A stretch of 63,762 bases of DNA, the filler included. It is 13 parts of 13 records of this genome, joined end to end, with 100 filler letters (N's around TTAATTAATTAA, not from the genome) between each part and the next. Parts side by side here need not be neighbours in the genome. Positions count along the whole stretch, not along the records: positions 47,083 to 51,875 come from SRR9670534_1193; positions 51,976 to 63,762 come from SRR9670534_1200; 11 more parts are not named here. One strand, written 5' to 3'. The notes below the pieces were generated by a model. It was not told where the DNA came from. It saw nothing but the letters and a program-made list of their open reading frames with translations, and made no database searches. Below, in pieces: positions 51,415 through 60,588 of the stretch; position 1 is the first letter of the stretch, and the number at the start of each line of letters is the position of its first letter. The position numbers and the translations under genes were made by a program.

Positions 51415-51975
51415 AAAAGGTGAATATAATTGTTCAGTGACTGCTGGAATTTAGGACAAGTTCTTTCCTGTACAAGAAGCATTTCTCACAATAAAATTTT
51501 CTATTTTTTTATTAAAACATTTTTAGGTAGTATAAAAAATAAACTATAATTTAAAATTATTATATATGTGTAATGTATATGTGTATAATTATGGAAGGAC
51601 TGAATGAAACATTGTAAAGGTATGGTTGCAAAAAATGGAGATTGGGGCATTTTATTACATCAGACTTTATTATTAGGGCTTTTGTTAAAATTTTTGTTAT
51701 TATTAATAGATAATAAAGCCTAATTCAGTTCTTGCTGAGCAGGTGAAAAGCTATGTTCTGCTGAAAATAAAAAAGAAACCAATTTAGATTTCGGAAGACA
51801 TTTTGAATTTTAATAAAATTTTATTAAATTATTAAATATTTTTAAACTTTATTAAAGTTATTTTGAATGTATTATNNNNNNNNNNNNNNNNNNNNNNNNN
51901 NNNNNNNNNNNNNNNNNNNTTAATTAATTAANNNNNNNNNNNNNNNNNNNNNNNNNNNNNNNNNNNNNNNNNNNN

Positions 51976-52144
51976 GCAGAAGACGGGCGAGAAGAAAGCC
52001 AAGAAAGAGGCGCCAAAAAAAGAAGTGGCAAAAGAGCAAAAGGCAAAGAAAATAAAAAAAGAAACGCCCAAAAAAGCTGTTTCGCCGAAAAAAGAATTAG
52101 CAAAAGAGCAGAAGGCAGGCGAGAAAAAAGAGGTTAAAAATTAA
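51976..52144 (+). CDS. Lys/Ala/Pro/Glu-rich C-terminus of the gene before secY (positionally rplO)
   Basis: Frame QKTGEKKAKKEAPKK...SPKKELAKEQKAGEKKEVKN* ends 3 nt before the secY ATG. Identity is from synteny only. Confidence 0.5.
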
Positions 52145-52147
52145 ACT

Positions 52148-53491
52148 ATGAGTGGAATATTAAGCATCATTCGCGTATCAAGTTTAAGACAGAAGATCTT
52201 ATTTACATTTATGGCGATAGTGATTTATCGAATAGGAACTTATATTACAGTTCCTGGAGTTGACCCTGTTGGTCTAAAAGATTTTTTCACAAGTTTAGGA
52301 GGAAAACCTATTGGAGGGATTCTCTCTTATGTGGATCTTTTTGCTGGTGGCGCGTTTCAGCGTTTTACCATTTTTGCTTTGGGGATTATGCCATATATTA
52401 CGGCATCCATTGTCTTTCAATTGCTGATACCTGTGGTTCCTTATTTTGAGAGATTGCGACGAGAAGGAGAGCAGGGAAATATTAAAATACAACGTTATAT
52501 TCGATATTTAACGGTGCTAATTTGTCTTGTTCAAGCTTTTGCGATTAGTCGTTGGGTTGCCTCTTATGACGGAGTAATTGCTTCTGAGATAGAGCATAAC
52601 ACGTATTATTTTAGTTTGTTATTGGTAACATCTATGACTGCAGGAACAATATTTCTCATGTGGCTTGGTGAGCAAATCACAGAGAGGGGCGTGGGTAATG
52701 GTGTTTCACTTATTATTTTTGCAGGAATTGCAGCGCGAATCCCTGCAGAGTTTTTGAGAACTTTAGAGCAAGTACAGAACAGGGAATTAAATCCTGTTAG
52801 TTTTATATTATTGTTAATGATATTTGTGCTTATTATATTTTTTGTAGTGTATGAGCAAGGAGCGCAAAGAAGGATTCCCATACAGCATATGAAGAGAATT
52901 GTAGGCAGAAAGCTTTATGGGGGTCAAGGAACCTATTTGCCATTTAAAATTAATCCCACAGGAGTAATTCCGATTATTTTTGCAAGTGCAGTAATTATGC
53001 TTCCTACCCAATTAGTACAGATGTTTGGAGAGCGATTTCCGGGACTTACTGCGGTAGCAGCGTCATTTTCTCCAGGACAGATGCCTTATATGATATTTTA
53101 TAGTATGTTAATTATCTTTTTTGCCTACGTATACACGACGGTCCAATTTAATCCCGTAGATATTGCGGAAAATCTCAAGAGACAAGGAGGGTATATTCCA
53201 GGAATAAGGCCAGGATCTCATACCCAAGAATATATAGCGGCAATTTTATTTCGAATCAGCCTAGGTGGAGCGATATTTTTGGCTCTTGTAGCGATATTTC
53301 CTGATTTACTAGTCAGGTTACAATTTTTTTCTGGGATGAATATTAATTTTGCCTATCTTATGGGGGGCACATCCATATTAATTTTGGTATCAGTAGCCCT
53401 TGATACTATGAAGCAAGTAGAATCCCAATTATTAGAAAGGGATTATGAAGGATTTTTAAGTGGGAAACGTTCTTCGAGGAGAAGACGTTAG
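52148..53491 (+). CDS. secY: Preprotein translocase SecY
   Basis: IFALGIMPYITASI, WLGEQIT, GNGVSLII, GVIPIIFA, IPGIRPG, GGTSILI. Confidence 0.98.
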   Translation: MSGILSIIRVSSLRQKILFTFMAIVIYRIGTYITVPGVDPVGLKDFFTSLGGKPIGGILSYVDLFAGGAFQRFTIFALGIMPYITASIVFQLLIPVVPYFERLRREGEQGNIKIQRYIRYLTVLICLVQAFAISRWVASYDGVIASEIEHNTYYFSLLLVTSMTAGTIFLMWLGEQITERGVGNGVSLIIFAGIAARIPAEFLRTLEQVQNRELNPVSFILLLMIFVLIIFFVVYEQGAQRRIPIQHMKRIVGRKLYGGQGTYLPFKINPTGVIPIIFASAVIMLPTQLVQMFGERFPGLTAVAASFSPGQMPYMIFYSMLIIFFAYVYTTVQFNPVDIAENLKRQGGYIPGIRPGSHTQEYIAAILFRISLGGAIFLALVAIFPDLLVRLQFFSGMNINFAYLMGGTSILILVSVALDTMKQVESQLLERDYEGFLSGKRSSRRRR

Positions 53492-53494
53492 ATT

Positions 53495-53716
53495 GTGAGC
53501 AAAGAAGAAAGTATCGTAGTAGATGGAGTGGTTATAGAGCCGTATTCCAATGCTATGTTTAAGGTAAGACTTGAGAATAACCAGGAGATTTTATGTCATA
53601 TTTCTGGGAAAATGCGTATGTTTTATATTAAAGTTTTACCAGGTGATAGAATAAAGGTTGAATTATCCCCTTATGACTTAACAAGAGGTCGGATAATTTA
53701 CCGCTACAGAAATTAG
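53495..53716 (+). CDS. infA: Translation initiation factor IF-1
   Basis: [13 protein letters not shown]...[13 protein letters not shown]. Confidence 0.98.
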   Translation: MSKEESIVVDGVVIEPYSNAMFKVRLENNQEILCHISGKMRMFYIKVLPGDRIKVELSPYDLTRGRIIYRYRN

Positions 53717-53729
53717 GAAGGAAAGATTT

Positions 53730-53843
53730 ATGAAAGTAAGAAGTTCTGTGAAAAAGATTTGTAAAGATTGTCGAATAGTCAGAAGAAAAGGAGTTGTCCG
53801 CGTGCTTTGTAAAAATACACGGCATAAACAACGACAAGGATAA
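53730..53843 (+). CDS. rpmJ: 50S ribosomal protein L36 (below ORF-track cutoff)
   Basis: [37 protein letters not shown]. Confidence 0.97.
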   Translation: MKVRSSVKKICKDCRIVRRKGVVRVLCKNTRHKQRQG

Positions 53844-53854
53844 AAGGAGAGATT

Positions 53855-54235
53855 ATGCCACGTATAGCAGGAGTTGACATACCAGGATCGAAGAGGGTAG
53901 AAATTGCCCTTACCTATATTTATGGGATAGGTCCTACACGTTCAAAAGAGATTTTAAGTGCGTGTGAAATTGGATTGGACAAGAGAGCCCGGGATTTAAA
54001 TGAGGCGGAGACGAAGAAAATAATGGATTATCTCAACCAAAATTACAAGGTTGAAGGAGAATTACGAAGTGATGTAACCGCATCTATTCGCAGGCTCATT
54101 GAGATAAAATCCCATCGGGGTATGTGTCACGTTCGAGGCCTTCCTGTTCGAGGGCAGAGGACAAAGACAAACGCACGGACGCGCAAAGGTCGCACAAAAA
54201 CAGCTGTTGCTGGGAAAAAAATGGTTCGGAAATAA
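53855..54235 (+). CDS. rpsM: 30S ribosomal protein S13
   Basis: [35 protein letters not shown]. Confidence 0.98.
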   Translation: MPRIAGVDIPGSKRVEIALTYIYGIGPTRSKEILSACEIGLDKRARDLNEAETKKIMDYLNQNYKVEGELRSDVTASIRRLIEIKSHRGMCHVRGLPVRGQRTKTNARTRKGRTKTAVAGKKMVRK

Positions 54236-54246
54236 GGGGTGAGATT

Positions 54247-54639
54247 TTGGTAAAGAAAAAAGACACTAATAAACGAAAAAAGATAAAAGAAAAAGTAACA
54301 AGGGGAATTGTTCATATCCAAAATAGCTTCAATAATACAATTGTTACCGTTAGTAATATGAAAGGCGGAGCCATTGCATGGTCATCAGCAGGAGCATTGA
54401 ATTTTAGGGGAGCGAAGAAGAGTACTCCTTTTGCATCTCAAAGTGTAGTTGCTAAGGTGATGGATGATGCCCTTCGCTTTGGCTTACAAGAAGTGATAAT
54501 TTTTGTTAAAGGGCCGGGATTTGGAAGAGAAGCAGCCATTCGAGCTGTTGTCAAATCTGGCGTGAGGATAACGGAGATTCGTGACGTTACCGGGGTTCCG
54601 CACAATGGATGTCGACCCAGAAAATTGCGAAGGCCTTAG
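54247..54639 (+). CDS. rpsK: 30S ribosomal protein S11
   Basis: [35 protein letters not shown]. Probable TTG start at 54247. Confidence 0.97.
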   Translation: MVKKKDTNKRKKIKEKVTRGIVHIQNSFNNTIVTVSNMKGGAIAWSSAGALNFRGAKKSTPFASQSVVAKVMDDALRFGLQEVIIFVKGPGFGREAAIRAVVKSGVRITEIRDVTGVPHNGCRPRKLRRP

Positions 54640-54651
54640 AGGGGAGTAAAT

Positions 54652-55635
54652 ATGCTTGTAAATAAATTAGTTCGAGATTTTATTAGACCAAAGTCGGTAG
54701 AATACAAGGAGTTAGAAGATAAAGATGGGATTTTTGTCTTTCAAAGTGCTCCTTATGAAAGAGGATATGGGATTACCCTTGGCAATACTCTTCGACGGAT
54801 TATGCTCTCTTCTATTCCAGGATATGCGATTATCGCGATTCAAAGTGAAGTTTTTAATAATGAATTTCAAAATATTGATGGGGTTTATCAAGATACTTTA
54901 GATATTATTTTGAATTTAAAAAGAGTTAATATTGCATTAAAAAATGATATTGATTCAAGGGTAATTCGCTTTGATATTGATGGAAAAAAAGATTTTTATG
55001 CGAAGAATTTGGCGGTAGATGGGGATGTTCTTGTGGGAAATCCTGATTTACTTCTTTTTTCTTGCAATGATAAGGCTAAATTTAGCTTTTCCCTTCAGAT
55101 AGAGAGGGGGTGGGGATATGTTCCTGCGACGGAGTTTGAGAAATTGAAGGAAGTGGCGGGAAGTGTATTAATAGATGCGGATTTTTCTCCGGTAAAAAAT
55201 GTTTCTTATGAGACGAAAGCAATTTTCTTTGAAGGAAGAGAATATGAAGAGCTCACTATGAAAATAGAGAGTAATGGAGTGATGTTAGCATCAGATATTT
55301 TAAAACAAGCAGCAGGGATATTAAAGGATTCTTGTGAGACTTTTGGAACTCTTGAGAAATTTAAGATTAAGCAAGTGGACCGGAGTGAAAAAACAGAAAG
55401 AAGTAATCAAGGAATTTTTTCAAGCTCAATATTTAAAGGGAATTTCACTGTAAGAACTTGTTTTTTCTTGCGCAATAATGACATTTTAGAAATGGGTCAA
55501 TTGGTGGTTTTAACGGAAAAAGAACTTCGAGAGAAGAAATTTTTTACAGAAGAAATCTTAGAAGACGTTAATAAAAAGCTTAGCGCAATACAATTAAAGC
55601 TTGGGATGAAAGACATTGCATATCAGGCAATTTAA
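54652..55635 (+). CDS. rpoA: RNA polymerase alpha subunit (divergent)
   Basis: PYERGYGITLGNTLRRIMLSSIPG, DIILNLK, G.GYVPA, IDADFSPV; located between rpsK and rplQ. Confidence 0.96.
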   Translation: MLVNKLVRDFIRPKSVEYKELEDKDGIFVFQSAPYERGYGITLGNTLRRIMLSSIPGYAIIAIQSEVFNNEFQNIDGVYQDTLDIILNLKRVNIALKNDIDSRVIRFDIDGKKDFYAKNLAVDGDVLVGNPDLLLFSCNDKAKFSFSLQIERGWGYVPATEFEKLKEVAGSVLIDADFSPVKNVSYETKAIFFEGREYEELTMKIESNGVMLASDILKQAAGILKDSCETFGTLEKFKIKQVDRSEKTERSNQGIFSSSIFKGNFTVRTCFFLRNNDILEMGQLVVLTEKELREKKFFTEEILEDVNKKLSAIQLKLGMKDIAYQAI

Positions 55636-55650
55636 GAAGAGGATTGGACA

Positions 55651-56247
55651 ATGAGGCATAGAGTTGCAAAAAAGAGATTAGGAAGGGATTATAAACATAA
55701 GAAGGCGATATTAAGGTCATTAAGTGATGCCCTTTTAAGACATGGCGCTATTTCTACGACAAGGCATAAGGCAAAGATGCTTCGGACATTCATCGAACCT
55801 CTCATTACTCGAGCGAAAAATGATAATTTACATAACAGGAGAATTATTCATAAAAATATTAAGAATCCTCACCTTATTCAAAAATTATTTAAAGAAATAG
55901 CTCCTGGATTTAAGGAAAGACCTGGAGGGTATACGAGAATATATCTTTTAGGCAAGCGGAAAGGCGATGCAGCAGAGATGGCTTATATTGAGTTTGTTCG
56001 CGAAGAATACAGCATCAAGGCTAGAGAAAGTGAGGAAAGTGAGAAAAGTGCCGCGCCAAGTTCAGAAAATTTAGCATCCGAAAGTGCCAAAAGTACCCAA
56101 AATCCCGAAGAAAAAAGCGAGACTCAGGCTTCAGAAAAAATTGAATCTAAGCAAGAAGAAGAAGCTAAGCTCAAAGCTGAGAAAAAAGACAATGCAGAAG
56201 AAAAGTCTGAAAGCAAATCCGATAAAGAGGAAAACAAAAGCGGATAA
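55651..56247 (+). CDS. rplQ: 50S ribosomal protein L17 with ~80-aa Glu/Lys/Ser-rich extension
   Basis: MRHR....LGR, I.TT..KAK, RPGGYTRI, R.GD.AEMA.IE. Confidence 0.97.
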   Translation: MRHRVAKKRLGRDYKHKKAILRSLSDALLRHGAISTTRHKAKMLRTFIEPLITRAKNDNLHNRRIIHKNIKNPHLIQKLFKEIAPGFKERPGGYTRIYLLGKRKGDAAEMAYIEFVREEYSIKARESEESEKSAAPSSENLASESAKSTQNPEEKSETQASEKIESKQEEEAKLKAEKKDNAEEKSESKSDKEENKSG

Positions 56248-58234
56248 GGAATTTTTTTTCGAGGTAGTTTTCAAATTACCCGTTGACAGATCATTTTTTT
56301 ATCGTTATAAAATTCGAGAAGGGGAAAAATTACCCGCTCTTTATAGTCGAGTGTTTTGCCCATTTGCTAACACAAAACGCACAGGTATTCTTATTAAAAT
56401 ATATGAGGAATACCCCTTATCAAATGAATTTCCCAAAGAAAAAATTAAAGATATTATCAAGGCATTTGACGAAGGTGAGCCTTTATTAACAAAAGATGAC
56501 TTGGTCATTGCTCTTTTTATGAGAAAATATTATTTTTGCTCTTTGGGAGAAGCTTTGGCTTGTTTTTTTCCATTAAATTCCATGGAAATCGGAAAAGCTA
56601 GGCAATCTCTTAAAGAAAAATCTTCTATTTTGCAGGAAATCAAAGAATTGGAATTGAGCCCTTTACAGAAGAAGATTTATTTTTCCATCCTTGCTTCGAA
56701 GAAAAGGGAGCATCTTTTACATGGATTAACGGGAAGCGGAAAGACTCATATTCACGTGGCACTTTTGAAAAATGCCATTAGACAAGGAAAACAGGGAATC
56801 TACCTTTTACCAGAGATAGCCTTAAGCCCCCAATTAGAGAAATATCTCTCTTCTTTTTTTAAAAAAGAGATTTTAGCCATCCTTCACAGCAAAATTTCCT
56901 TACAAAAGCGGATGCGGATATTAAAAAAATTTTCCAAAGGAGAGATAAAAATTCTCATAGGCACGCGTTCTGCAATTTTTGCAAGTCCCAAAGATCTTGG
57001 AGTGATAATTATGGATGAGGAGCATGAAAGCACTTATAAAAATAATCAAAATCCTCGCTATAGTACAAGGCATATTGCCCAACTTCGAAGCCGAATGGCA
57101 TCAGCACTTTTGGTTTTTTCTTCAGCAACTCCGCTTTTAGAAAGTTATCATCGTGCCCGTAGGAAAAAAATGGAATATTGGCATTTGGATAAGACGTATT
57201 ATGAAACGAAGAAGGTGAAGGGCTACTTTATTGAAGAAGATGGGAAATTAATTTCATCCAAAATGATGGGAAAATTGCAAGAAGGGATTAATAAAGATGA
57301 GGCTAGTCTTATTTATGTAAACAGGCGGGGCTATGCGAATTTTATTCGGTGCCAAAAGTGTAAAAATATTCCCATGTGCCCCTCATGTTCGGTCTCATTG
57401 ACCTATCATAAGGAAAAGAATATTCTTATGTGTCATTATTGTGGGCATTATCGCTCTTTTGCTGACAAATGTGATAAATGCTTTTCTGCCTTTTATAAAA
57501 AAGAGGGATTTGGAATAGAAAGAATCATCGAAGAGCTCGATAGAAATCTCCTTAATGCAAGAATTTTACGAGTAGATTCGGATACATTGAAGACATTTAA
57601 TAAGATAAAAGAAGCATTTTCTGATTTTTCTCAAAAAAAATATAATATTATCGTCGGAACACAAATCTTAGGTAAAGGCCATGATTTTCCTAATATTAAA
57701 AGAGTATTTATTTATCATCCGGAAATGATTTTGGCATTGCCTGATTTTCGAGCAATGGAGAAATTGTATTCGAGCATCGTCCAGGTGGCAGGACGGGCAG
57801 GAAGACGGGAGGTAGCGGGAGAATTTTATATTGAAAGTGCAAAGATTTATGGAGAAAATTATGCGATAAAAAAAGCATTGGATGGGGATTACTTGCAATT
57901 TTATCAAGAAGAAATTCAGCAAAGAAAAGCCTTTAATAATCCTCCTTTTACAAGGATTTTTCGTCTTGTATTTCGCGCAAAAAACAAGGCATTTCTCAAG
58001 CAAGAGGCCCGATTTCTCAAGAAAATTTTCCACAAAATTCCCAATGACATTGCACAAATTTTACCTCCGACATTTTGTCTTATCCCTCGAATGAAGAATT
58101 ATTATCGGTTTCACATTCTCTTTCGTGTGAAGAATATGAAAAAACTTGTTCCATATATTAAGAATTTTAAAGAAAATTACAAGAGAAATGACATATATGT
58201 GGAGTATGACTTCGAATCTTTGGATGTTTTTTAA
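56192..58234 (+). CDS. priA: Primosomal protein N'
   Basis: LLHGLTGSGKT, PEIALS, GTRSAIF, DEEHE, SATP, NRRGY, four CxxC pairs, KGHDFP, QVAGRAGR. Nearest in-frame ATG at 56192 overlaps rplQ. Confidence 0.96.
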   Translation: MQKKSLKANPIKRKTKADKEFFFEVVFKLPVDRSFFYRYKIREGEKLPALYSRVFCPFANTKRTGILIKIYEEYPLSNEFPKEKIKDIIKAFDEGEPLLTKDDLVIALFMRKYYFCSLGEALACFFPLNSMEIGKARQSLKEKSSILQEIKELELSPLQKKIYFSILASKKREHLLHGLTGSGKTHIHVALLKNAIRQGKQGIYLLPEIALSPQLEKYLSSFFKKEILAILHSKISLQKRMRILKKFSKGEIKILIGTRSAIFASPKDLGVIIMDEEHESTYKNNQNPRYSTRHIAQLRSRMASALLVFSSATPLLESYHRARRKKMEYWHLDKTYYETKKVKGYFIEEDGKLISSKMMGKLQEGINKDEASLIYVNRRGYANFIRCQKCKNIPMCPSCSVSLTYHKEKNILMCHYCGHYRSFADKCDKCFSAFYKKEGFGIERIIEELDRNLLNARILRVDSDTLKTFNKIKEAFSDFSQKKYNIIVGTQILGKGHDFPNIKRVFIYHPEMILALPDFRAMEKLYSSIVQVAGRAGRREVAGEFYIESAKIYGENYAIKKALDGDYLQFYQEEIQQRKAFNNPPFTRIFRLVFRAKNKAFLKQEARFLKKIFHKIPNDIAQILPPTFCLIPRMKNYYRFHILFRVKNMKKLVPYIKNFKENYKRNDIYVEYDFESLDVF

Positions 58235-58251
58235 AAAAATAGTACTTTTTC

Positions 58252-58280
58252 TTGACTTAATATAAAAAGTATTCTAAAAT
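58252..58280 (+). promoter_or_regulatory. Sigma70-type promoter
   Basis: TTGACT-17 nt-TAAAAT, overlapped by inverted repeat TACTTTTT/AAAAAGTA (58243-58271). Confidence 0.7.
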
Positions 58281-58377
58281 CATTTTTGTGAACCTGAGGG
58301 AATGTGGAGTAATGCCACCCCTCTAGTGTTTTCAAAAAAATAAATCAGACTTTAATTTGTTTAAGGAGAATAGTAAA

Positions 58378-58818
58378 ATGGTATCCTTTGAGAGTATTAA
58401 ATTGCAGTTTCCTGATGAGGGAAGTGCGTATCAACATATAGAAAAACTTCGCTGGAAAGATGGGGTCTATTGCCCTATGTGTATGGAAGATCGAAGAGTT
58501 TACAGATGGAAGAATAAAGCAATTTACAGTTGCAAATCTTGTGATCAGAAATTTCATATTCTTAGTCGTAGTATTTTTATGAATAAAAAAACTTCTCTTA
58601 ATTACTTATTCTACCTATTTTTTCTTTTAGCTAAGAGAAAAAAAATTAGCGATTTAGAGCTTTCTCAAAAAAGTGGCTTTTTATTAAGCAGTGCACTTTA
58701 TCAAAAAAAGCGGATTTTAGGATTTTTCAACAACGATTTTTCTGTATTTAAACGGAAGTCTTTTGATGAAATGCTGCTTCTTGCTTGTGAAGAATACAAC
58801 CCAGATTTACGATTATAG
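58378..58818 (+). CDS. IS1595-family transposase N-terminal zinc-ribbon/HTH protein lacking the DDE domain
   Basis: F.DE..A...IEKLRW.DG..CP.C...Y.C..C..KF.....IF and IS..EL. RBS AAGGAG upstream. Only 146 aa. Confidence 0.8.
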   Translation: MVSFESIKLQFPDEGSAYQHIEKLRWKDGVYCPMCMEDRRVYRWKNKAIYSCKSCDQKFHILSRSIFMNKKTSLNYLFYLFFLLAKRKKISDLELSQKSGFLLSSALYQKKRILGFFNNDFSVFKRKSFDEMLLLACEEYNPDLRL

Positions 58819-58880
58819 TTTTTAACTTTTTTTTCAGAGGAACGTCAAACTAGTAGTAAATAGGGAACGTCAATACTAGT

Positions 58881-58944
58881 AAAAGAAGATCGGGGTATAC
58901 TGCCATAAAACCTTCGTGTATATCCTTGATCTTCTTTTTTTTTT
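58881..58944 (+). terminator. Intrinsic terminator-like hairpin + T-tract
   Basis: AAGAAGATCGGGGTATAC...GTATATCCTTGATCTTCTT, followed by a run of 10 T. Confidence 0.65.
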
Positions 58945-58984
58945 CACTTCATGTTATGCTTTTTTTTTAAAAGAGGAGCTCTTA

Positions 58985-59851
58985 ATGATTTCCGTGAAAA
59001 ATTTATCCTATCATTATCCTTCATCCAAAGAAGTGGTAATTAAAAATGTCAGCTTTGACATTGAGCATGGAGAAATATTTGGTTTTTTAGGTCCTTCTGG
59101 TGCGGGAAAATCTACTATTAAAAAGATTCTTATAGGTTTACTAAAGAATTATAGAGGTTCTATTTTTGTGATGAATAAAGAACTTCAAGCGTATACAAGA
59201 GATTTTTACGAAGACATTGGCATTTCTTTTGAGTTTCCCAATCATTACTTACGTCTTAGTGCCCTTGAGAATTTGGAATATTTCCGTCGTCTTTATGGAA
59301 AAGAGACCGAAGATCCCATAAAACTTCTTAAGCTTTTTTCTTTAGATAAGGATAAAGATAAATTAGTCTCCCAATTTAGTAAGGGAATGAAAGTTCGCTT
59401 AAATCTTGCACGAAGTCTTATTAACAAACCTAAAATCCTTTTTTTAGACGAGCCTACCAGTGGCCTTGATCCCATTAATGCAAGGAAGGTAAAAGATATT
59501 ATCTTAGATATTAGATCAAGAGGGTGTACTGTTTTTGTCGCCAGTCACGATATGATTTTAGCAGAGGAAATTTGTGATAGATTGGCTTTCATTACAGAGG
59601 GGACAATTAAGACCATCGATAGCCCCAAATCTTTAAAACGAAAATATGGAAAACGAGAATTTGTCGTTCATTTTGCAGAAAAATCCCATTCTTCTCATTG
59701 GAAAAAGAAAAAATTTTCCTTAGATTCTCTTGCTACTAATAAGGAATTTTCCGCTTTTCTTAAGACTAATCCTTATATAGATTCCATGAAAACTTTAGAG
59801 GCTTCTTTGGAGGATATCTTTATCAAGGTGACGGGAAAGGAGCTTTATTAA
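58985..59851 (+). CDS. ABC-2 exporter ATPase (Rv2688c-like fluoroquinolone-export family)
   Basis: GPSGAGKST, FEFPNHY, FSKGMK, FLDEPTSGLDP, SHDM, SLEDIFIKVTG. GAGGAG RBS before ATG 58985. Confidence 0.92.
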   Translation: MISVKNLSYHYPSSKEVVIKNVSFDIEHGEIFGFLGPSGAGKSTIKKILIGLLKNYRGSIFVMNKELQAYTRDFYEDIGISFEFPNHYLRLSALENLEYFRRLYGKETEDPIKLLKLFSLDKDKDKLVSQFSKGMKVRLNLARSLINKPKILFLDEPTSGLDPINARKVKDIILDIRSRGCTVFVASHDMILAEEICDRLAFITEGTIKTIDSPKSLKRKYGKREFVVHFAEKSHSSHWKKKKFSLDSLATNKEFSAFLKTNPYIDSMKTLEASLEDIFIKVTGKELY

Positions 59852-60585
59852 TGAAAGTTATTAAGCGATTTCTTTTTTTACTTAAAAGGGATATTCACGT
59901 TCAATATCGCAACAAACTTTATCATATAGGTGTCCTTATGGGGATAATTTTTGCTATTTCTTTGGGGCTTATTTTGCCCCTTGAAAAAATGGAATATATT
60001 ATTGCTCCGCTTATGATAATTTTCTTAGGAAATACCTCGGTCTTGTATTCTTCGGTTTTAATCTCTTATGAAAAGGAAGAGGGAAGTATTTATGCAACGA
60101 TGATCTCTCCCATTGAATTAAGGGAATATATTTTATCAAAAGTCCTCTCTTTAATGCTCCTTGCCTTTGTTGAGGCCTTATTTTTCTTTGGAATTCTTTT
60201 TGGATTTCAGCATTATTTTTCCCAATTTACTATGCCTTCGGTGATTCCCTTTTTTCTGGGAATGTTTTTTTTAATTGTGCTTTATATATTTATAGGAATT
60301 ATTGTCTCTGTTCGTTATAATAAAATTACCCAATTCCTTGTGCCTATCGGTTTTATTGGTTTTATTTTGCAAATTCCCATTTTATATTTTTTTGAGTTAT
60401 TTTTTCATCCTAGCATCTATCTCATCATGACTACCGCTTCGGGAATCCTTATTAAGGGCGCTTACAGTACATTGGCAATTGAAGAATATGTCTATGCTAT
60501 CTCTTTAAGTGTTTTTTACTTTGTTATCTTATATTACTGGTCAGTTCTGGCCTTTAATAAGCATATTCTTTTGAAAATGGAATAA
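59851..60585 (+). CDS. ABC-2 exporter permease 1
   Basis: About six TM segments; EKEEG...ISP...EYILSK; TAATG coupling to the ATPase. Confidence 0.88.
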   Translation: MKVIKRFLFLLKRDIHVQYRNKLYHIGVLMGIIFAISLGLILPLEKMEYIIAPLMIIFLGNTSVLYSSVLISYEKEEGSIYATMISPIELREYILSKVLSLMLLAFVEALFFFGILFGFQHYFSQFTMPSVIPFFLGMFFLIVLYIFIGIIVSVRYNKITQFLVPIGFIGFILQIPILYFFELFFHPSIYLIMTTASGILIKGAYSTLAIEEYVYAISLSVFYFVILYYWSVLAFNKHILLKME

Positions 60586-60588
60586 ATT

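Noticed and set aside
51876-51975. Animal genes adjacent to a bacterial operon, suggesting horizontal transfer
   Set aside because: The junction is an artificial spacer; the two are separate contigs.
2517-51975. Recurring TTAATTAATTAA as a biological repeat or CRISPR-like array
   Set aside because: Always centred in fixed-length N runs; it is a six-frame stop linker.
54124-54246. Long N-terminal extensions of rpsK, priA (56084) and the ABC ATPase (58916) in the ORF track
   Set aside because: Upstream in-frame starts overlap other genes or a terminator; RBS position and family length favour later starts.
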